From: Pseudoxanthomonas sp.
GTDB taxonomy: Bacteria; Pseudomonadota; Gammaproteobacteria; Xanthomonadales; Xanthomonadaceae
DNA length: 42,810 bases
Assembly: GCA_018060215.1 (NCBI GenBank)
Contig: JAGOWL010000002.1
Coordinates: 1-42,810, forward strand
Reading direction: 5' to 3'
The notes under the pieces were generated by a model. It was given only the letters and a program-made list of their open reading frames with translations. It searched no databases and was not told where the DNA came from. Shown here piece after piece: positions 37,843 through 42,810 of this stretch. Position 1 is the first letter of the stretch. Each line of letters begins with the position of its first letter. The position numbers and the translations under genes are program-made.

Positions 37843-39716
37843 GCGATCCGGCTGGAGATCGGGCGGCGGACGCGTTCGACGGCAAGGCCTTCGTCGCACA
37901 GTTGAGCACCGCGCCAGGCGTGTACCGCATGTACGCCGCCGACGGCAGCCTGCTGTACGTGGGCAAGGCCGGTGCGCTCAAGCGGCGGGTGGCCAGCTAT
38001 TTCGCCAACACCCCCAAAACCCCGCGCATCCACGCCATGCTCGCCCAGGTCGCGCGCATGGAGGTGACCGTCACCCGCACCGAGGCCGAGGCCCTGCTGC
38101 TGGAGAACCAGCTGATCAAGTCGCTGGCGCCGCGCTACAACGTGGCCCTGCGCGACGACAAGAGCTACCCCTACGTGCTGCTGACCCGCGAGCCCTGGCC
38201 GCGGCTGGCCTTCCACCGTGGCCCGCGCGCGCTGGACGGGCGCTACTTCGGCCCCTATGCCAGTGCCGGGGCGGTGCGCGAGACCATGGACCTGATGTTC
38301 AAGCTGTTCCGCCTGCGCAGCTGCGAGGACAGCGTGTTCCGCAACCGCAGCCGGCCCTGCCTGCAGTACCAGATCGGCCGCTGCAGCGCGCCGTGCGTGG
38401 GGTTGGTGGAGGCGGGCGAGTACGCCGAATCGGTGCGCCGCGCCGGCCTGTTCCTGGAAGGGCGCAGCGACGAGCTGGGCGAGGAGCTGGCCGCGGCGAT
38501 GGAGGCGGCCAGCGCGAAGCTGGAATTCGAGCAGGCCGCGCGTCTGCGCGACCTGCTGGCCAGCCTGCGCGGGCTGCAGGCGCGCCAGTACGTCGATGGC
38601 CACGCCGCCAACCTGGACGTGCTGGCCTGCGCCATGCAGGGCAGCTCGGCCTGCGTGCTGCTGCTGGCCTTCCGCGATGGCCGCAACCTGGGCACCCGTG
38701 CGTTTTTCCCGCGCACCAATGGCGCCGACAGCGCCGAGGAGGTGCTGTCGGCCTTCGTGTCCCAGTACTACGCCGAACAGGCGCCGCCGGCCGAGATCGT
38801 GCTCGACCGGCCGATCGCCGACGCCGGGCTGATCGAACTGGCCCTGGCCGAGGCGGCCGGGCGCAAGGTGGCGCTCAAATCCAGCGTGCGCGGCGAGCGC
38901 GCCGGCTACCTGGACCTGGCCCGGCGCAACGCGCAGCTGGCCCTGGCCACCGAACTGGCCAGCCGCGGCGCCCAGCAGGCGCGCAGCGAGGGCCTTCGCG
39001 ACCTGCTGGGCCTGGCCGAGGTGCCGGCGCGGATCGAGTGCTTCGACATCAGCCACACCCTGGGCGAGGCGACCGTGGCCTCGTGCGTGGTGTTCGATGC
39101 GGCCGGCCCGGTGCGCAACCAGTACCGGCGCTACAACATCACCGGGATCGAGCCGGGCGACGACTACGCGGCCATGCGCCAGGCCATCGAACGCCGCTTC
39201 CGCCGCGCCCTGGAGGCCGAGGCGGCTGGCCAGGTGGCCAATGCGGTGCTGCCGGATGTGCTTCTGATCGACGGCGGGGCCGGGCAGTTGGCGCAGGCGC
39301 GCGAGGCGCTGGCCGACCTGGGGGTGGAAGGGGTGCTGCTGGTGGGGGTGTCCAAGGGCGAGCAGCGCCGCGCCGGCGAGGAGACCCTGGTGCTGGCCGA
39401 TGGCCGCCAGCTGCGCCCGGGCGCGGCCTCGCCGGCACTGCAGTTCATCCAGCAGGTGCGCGACGAGGCCCACCGCTTCGCCATCACCGGCCACCGCGGC
39501 AAGCGCCAGAAGGCGCGCGCGCACAGCCGGCTGGAGGATATCGCCGGCATCGGTCCGCGCCGGCGCGCGGCCCTGCTGCGGCATTTCGGCGGGCTGGCCG
39601 GGCTCAAGGCCGCCGGCGAGGCGGAGATCGCCCGGGTGGAGGGCATCAATGCCGCGCTGGCCGCGCGCATCTACGCTACCCTGCACGGGCTGGATGCACC
39701 CGCCGAGCCCGGATAG
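37839..39716 (+). CDS. uvrC: Excinuclease ABC subunit C
   Basis: PGVYRM..LLYVGKA (GIY-YIG), DDKSYPY, RIECFDISH, DDYAAM, LIDGG, RDEAHRFA, HhH GIG. Confidence 0.97.
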   Translation: MSDPAGDRAADAFDGKAFVAQLSTAPGVYRMYAADGSLLYVGKAGALKRRVASYFANTPKTPRIHAMLAQVARMEVTVTRTEAEALLLENQLIKSLAPRYNVALRDDKSYPYVLLTREPWPRLAFHRGPRALDGRYFGPYASAGAVRETMDLMFKLFRLRSCEDSVFRNRSRPCLQYQIGRCSAPCVGLVEAGEYAESVRRAGLFLEGRSDELGEELAAAMEAASAKLEFEQAARLRDLLASLRGLQARQYVDGHAANLDVLACAMQGSSACVLLLAFRDGRNLGTRAFFPRTNGADSAEEVLSAFVSQYYAEQAPPAEIVLDRPIADAGLIELALAEAAGRKVALKSSVRGERAGYLDLARRNAQLALATELASRGAQQARSEGLRDLLGLAEVPARIECFDISHTLGEATVASCVVFDAAGPVRNQYRRYNITGIEPGDDYAAMRQAIERRFRRALEAEAAGQVANAVLPDVLLIDGGAGQLAQAREALADLGVEGVLLVGVSKGEQRRAGEETLVLADGRQLRPGAASPALQFIQQVRDEAHRFAITGHRGKRQKARAHSRLEDIAGIGPRRRAALLRHFGGLAGLKAAGEAEIARVEGINAALAARIYATLHGLDAPAEPG

Positions 39717-39725
39717 AACCGATCG

Positions 39726-40364
39726 ATGAAATTGACCGTACCCACCTGGTTGACCCTGCTGCGGATCGTGCTGATCCCGGTGCTGGTGGTGGTGTTCTAC
39801 CTGCCCTACAAGTGGACCAGTTTCGCCGCCTCGGCGGTGTTCATCCTGGCGGCGGTGACCGACTGGCTGGACGGCTGGATCGCGCGCCGCTACCACCAGT
39901 ACTCGGCCTTCGGGGCCTTCCTGGACCCGGTCGCCGACAAGTTGATGGTGGCCGTGGCGCTGTTTTTGATCGTGCAGGGCCATCCCACCCCGTGGATGGC
40001 GTTCTGGGCCTCGGTGATCGTGGGTCGCGAGATCGCCGTGTCGGCGCTGCGCGAATGGATGGCCGAGCTGGGCCAGCGTGCCAAGGTCAAGGTCGCCACC
40101 ATCGGCAAGGTCAAGACCGTGGCGCAGATGGTGGCGCTGGCCTGCCTGCTGTACGCGGTCAATCCGCGCCATCAGTTGCAGCCGGGCACCGACATCTGGA
40201 TGGGGCAGTTCGTGTTCCATGTCGGCGACTGGCTGCTGGCGGTCGCCGCCGTGCTGACCCTGTGGTCGGGCTTCCAGTACCTGCACGCGGCCTGGCCGGC
40301 GCTGCGGGCCGACGAGCAGGCCGCAGCCGGCCGAACGCAAAAGAATCGGGGCGTCAACGGTTGA
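39726..40364 (+). CDS. pgsA: CDP-diacylglycerol--glycerol-3-phosphate 3-phosphatidyltransferase
   Basis: PTWLTLLRI, TDWLDGWIARR...FGAFLDPVADK; directly after uvrC. Confidence 0.95.
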   Translation: MKLTVPTWLTLLRIVLIPVLVVVFYLPYKWTSFAASAVFILAAVTDWLDGWIARRYHQYSAFGAFLDPVADKLMVAVALFLIVQGHPTPWMAFWASVIVGREIAVSALREWMAELGQRAKVKVATIGKVKTVAQMVALACLLYAVNPRHQLQPGTDIWMGQFVFHVGDWLLAVAAVLTLWSGFQYLHAAWPALRADEQAAAGRTQKNRGVNG

Positions 40365-40388
40365 CAGTGCCGCCGGAATCCCTAAAAT
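40361..40388 (+). promoter_or_regulatory. Stable-RNA-type sigma70 promoter for tRNA-Gly
   Basis: TTGACA-N16-TAAAAT followed by a GC-rich discriminator GCGCAC; the -35 overlaps the pgsA stop. Confidence 0.85.
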
Positions 40389-40400
40389 GCGCACTCCCAA

Positions 40401-40476
<76 letters not shown>

Positions 40477-40520
40477 GATGCGACAGGTCATGACGGCGCC
40501 CCGGCGCCGGACAGGGCCGG

Positions 40521-40551
40521 AAAACGAACCCCGGCAACGGGGTTTTGTTTT
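40521..40551 (+). terminator. Intrinsic terminator between tRNA-Gly and tRNA-Cys
   Basis: AAAACGAACCCCG-GCAA-CGGGGTTTTGTTTT hairpin with a GNRA loop and T tract. Confidence 0.75.
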
Positions 40552-40578
40552 GTCGGGCCGCGGCGCAGGCGCTACACT
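40550..40578 (+). promoter_or_regulatory. Putative separate promoter for tRNA-Cys
   Basis: TTGTCG-N17-TACACT followed by a GC-rich discriminator. Confidence 0.55.
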
Positions 40579-40599
40579 GCGGCCACGGCACACGCCTCC

Positions 40600-40673
40600 G
40601 GCCTGGTGGCAGAGTGGTCATGCAGCGGACTGCAAATCCGCGTACGCCGGTTCAATTCCGACCCAGGCCTCCA
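40600..40673 (+). tRNA. tRNA-Cys(GCA)
   Basis: GGCCTGGTGGCAGAGTGG...GCGGACTGCAAATCCGC...GGTTCAATTCC...CAGGCCTCCA. Confidence 0.97.
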
Positions 40674-40677
40674 AACC

Positions 40678-40706
40678 AGAACCCCCGGTTCGCGCCGGGG
40701 GTTTTT
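40678..40706. terminator. Probably bidirectional intrinsic terminator between the convergent tRNA-Cys and tRNA-Leu
   Basis: AACCCCCGG-TTCGCG-CCGGGGGTT then TTT; A-rich on the left flank. Confidence 0.8.
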
Positions 40707-40726
40707 GCGTGGTGGGAAGCCTGGAA

Positions 40727-40810
40727 TGCCCGGGGCGGGGGTCGAACCCGCATAGCCTTGCGGCTGGAAGATTTTAAGTCTCCTGTGTCTACCAGTTTCA
40801 CCACCCGGGC
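40727..40810 (-). tRNA. tRNA-Leu(TAA), CCA end not encoded
   Basis: Reverse complement GCCCGGGTGGTGAAACTGGTAGACACAGGAGACTTAAAATCTTCCAGCCGCAAGGCTATGCGGGTTCGACCCCCGCCCCGGGCA, with a long variable arm. Confidence 0.93.
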
Positions 40811-40913
40811 GTGGTGCCGGGCATTGTGCCATCGCCGACCGGCCAGGCGCGGGGCCGGCCACACGCCGGGGGCAGGGGCTAGACTGGTGGCTTCTTTCGC
40901 CACGGGAGCCTGG

Positions 40914-42551
40914 ATGAGCCGCTATTCCGCCTATATCGGCGCCTGGATCGTGCTGCTGGCCTGCCTGCCGCTGGCGCTGCGCTGGCCGGGCGGGTGGTGG
41001 GGCGTGGGCATCGCCGCGGCGCTGGTGCTGCTGGGCAGCGCGGACCTGCTGCAGAAGCGCAGCACCCTGCGCCGCAACTATCCGATCCTGGCCCACTTCC
41101 GCTACGGGCTGGAGGCGGTGGGGCCGGAGATGCGCCAGTACTTCATCGAGTCCGACACCGCCGAGGCGCCGTTCTCGCGCCAGCAGCGCGCCCTGGTGTA
41201 CCGCCGCGCCAAGGGCGAGATGGACGTGGTGCCCTTCGGCAGCCTGCAGGACGCCTACGCGGTGGACTACGAGTGGATCAACCACTCGCTGGCGCCGACC
41301 GAGATCGAGGGGCACGACTTCCGGGTGCAGGTCGGGCCGGACTGCGCGCAGCCGTACTCGGTCAGCGTGTTCAACATCTCGGCGATGAGCTTCGGCTCGC
41401 TGTCGGCCAATGCGGTGCGCGCGCTCAACGAGGGTGCGCGCCGCGGTGGCTTCTACCACGACACCGGCGAAGGCTCGATTTCGCCCTACCACCTCGAACA
41501 CGGCGGCGACCTGGTCTGGGAGCTGGGCTCGGGCTATTTCGGCTGCCGCGACGGGGCCGGCCGCTTCGATCCGCGGCGTTTCGCCGAGCAGGCCGCGCGG
41601 CCGCAGGTGAAGATGATCGAGATCAAGCTGTCCCAGGGCGCCAAACCCGGCCATGGTGGGGTGTTGCCGGCGGCCAAGGTCAGCGCCGAGATCGCCGCCA
41701 CCCGCGGCGTGCCGATGGGCCAGGACTGCGTCTCGCCGGCGCGCCATTCCGAGTTCGACTCACCGATCGGGCTGCTGGAATTCGTCGCCCGCCTGCGCCA
41801 GCTGTCCGGCGGCAAGCCGGTGGGATTCAAGCTGGCCATCGGCCATCCCTGGGAATGGTTCGGGATCGCCCGGGCGATGCACGAGAGCGTGGCGCTGCGG
41901 CCGGAACTGCTGCCGGACTTCATCGTGGTTGATGGTGCCGAGGGTGGCACCGGCGCGGCGCCGGCCGAGTTCATCGACCACGTCGGCATTCCCATGCATG
42001 AGGCCCTGCTGCTGGTCCACAACACCCTGGTCGGGCTGGACCTGCGCGAGCGGGTGAAGGTGGCGGCGGCCGGCAAGATCACCAGTGCCTTCGACATCGC
42101 CCGCACCCTGGCGCTGGGTGCGGACTGGTGCAACGCCGCGCGCGGCTACATGTTCGCGCTGGGCTGCATCCAGGCCCTGCAGTGCCATACCGGCCGCTGC
42201 CCGACCGGGATCGCCACCCAGGAACCGGGCCGCTGGAAGCACCTGGATCCGGCCGACAAGGCCACCCGGGTGCACCGTTTCCACGACAACACCCTGCGCG
42301 CGCTGCGCGACCTGCTGTGCGCGGCCGGGCTGCAGGATCCTTCCGAACTGGGGCCCGAGCACATCCTGCGCCGGGTCTCGCCGGTGGAAATCCGTTCGCT
42401 GGCTTCGCTGTACCGCTACCTGGAGCCGGGCCAGCTGCTGCGCGGGATTCCCGAGCACGCCGTGTTCCGGGACTTCTGGGCGCAGGCGCACAGCGACGCC
42501 TTCGCACCGCCGGCGCGGGTGGCGGTGCTGCGCCGGAGCAAGGCGCATTGA
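40914..42551 (+). CDS. FMN-binding glutamate synthase family protein (YerD-like, membrane-anchored)
   Basis: Two N-terminal TM segments, NISAMSFGSLS, EIKLSQGAKPGHGG, DGAEGGTGAAP, and CIQALQCHTGRCPTG (3Fe-4S). Confidence 0.9.
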   Translation: MSRYSAYIGAWIVLLACLPLALRWPGGWWGVGIAAALVLLGSADLLQKRSTLRRNYPILAHFRYGLEAVGPEMRQYFIESDTAEAPFSRQQRALVYRRAKGEMDVVPFGSLQDAYAVDYEWINHSLAPTEIEGHDFRVQVGPDCAQPYSVSVFNISAMSFGSLSANAVRALNEGARRGGFYHDTGEGSISPYHLEHGGDLVWELGSGYFGCRDGAGRFDPRRFAEQAARPQVKMIEIKLSQGAKPGHGGVLPAAKVSAEIAATRGVPMGQDCVSPARHSEFDSPIGLLEFVARLRQLSGGKPVGFKLAIGHPWEWFGIARAMHESVALRPELLPDFIVVDGAEGGTGAAPAEFIDHVGIPMHEALLLVHNTLVGLDLRERVKVAAAGKITSAFDIARTLALGADWCNAARGYMFALGCIQALQCHTGRCPTGIATQEPGRWKHLDPADKATRVHRFHDNTLRALRDLLCAAGLQDPSELGPEHILRRVSPVEIRSLASLYRYLEPGQLLRGIPEHAVFRDFWAQAHSDAFAPPARVAVLRRSKAH

Positions 42552-42588
42552 GCCTGTGCGGTTCTGGCGGCGCGGGCGGGTCGTGGCG

Positions 42589-42617
42589 TTGACCGGACGG
42601 CGGCCTGCCTTTAACAT
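42589..42617 (+). promoter_or_regulatory. Sigma70 promoter for tRNA-Val
   Basis: TTGACC-N17-TAACAT followed by a GCGCAGC discriminator. Confidence 0.75.
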
Positions 42618-42653
42618 GCGCAGCCCCGCATCCACCGATGCGGCGCACGACCC

Positions 42654-42728
42654 GGGCGGTTAGCTCAGCGGTAGAGCATTGCCTTCACACGGCAAGGGTC
42701 GCAGGTTCGATCCCTGCACCGCCCACCA
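42654..42728 (+). tRNA. tRNA-Val(CAC)
   Basis: GGGCGGTTAGCTCAGCGGTAGAGC-ATTGCCTTCACACGGCAAG-GGTCGCAGGTTCGATCCCTGCACCGCCCACCA. Confidence 0.97.
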
Positions 42729-42733
42729 GACAT

Positions 42734-42774
42734 GAAGACGGGGCCAGGTTCACAGACCTGGCCCCGTTTTCTTT
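42734..42774 (+). terminator. Intrinsic terminator after tRNA-Val
   Basis: GAAGACGGGGCCAGGT-TCACAG-ACCTGGCCCCGTTTTC followed by TTT. Confidence 0.85.
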
Positions 42775-42810
42775 GTACGGCTGGGTTCTTCATCATTGTG
42801 CACAGGGTGC

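Noticed and set aside
33946-37899. 1317-aa minus-strand ORF spanning msbA to the NHL gene
   Set aside because: lpxK, kdsB and the NHL gene share one frame, so their stop-poor antisense frame stays open. It has no protein-like features.

Overview
High-GC gammaproteobacterial chromosome segment. Gene content and order look like Xanthomonadaceae (Pseudoxanthomonas/Stenotrophomonas-like; this is an inference). It is mostly core genome. From left to right: a sensor kinase (cut by the window edge) with its OmpR-family regulator; a TetR regulator directly downstream of an isolated ccmAB pair; the ybdL/yafV aminotransferase and omega-amidase pair; scpA-scpB-rluB plus an FAD oxidoreductase; a solitary Oar-type TonB-dependent receptor; the Entner-Doudoroff operon zwf-glk-pgl-edd-eda; ygfZ divergent from a DUF1674-sdhCDAB-sdhE-ygfX complex II operon; lolC/E-lolD; a small insert (DUF3592-like gene plus an RHH antitoxin/VapC toxin pair); comEC-exbB-exbD-msbA-lpxK-kdsB; a thioredoxin-NHL gene coupled to uvrC-pgsA; tRNAs Gly(GCC), Cys(GCA) and Leu(TAA, inverted); an FMN glutamate-synthase-family gene; and tRNA-Val(CAC). 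I found no CRISPR array, integrase, transposase or rRNA, and no unambiguous large novel system. The best leads are a 56-aa SDHAF4/DUF1674-like ORF missed by the ORF track, an NHLRC2/SOQ1-like protein with an SxxC motif behind a probable phosphatase gene relic, a VapC with an apparent catalytic E-to-Q change, the truncated ccm operon, and a LacI-type palindrome upstream of the ED operon. All calls come from reading motifs by eye; no searches were run.
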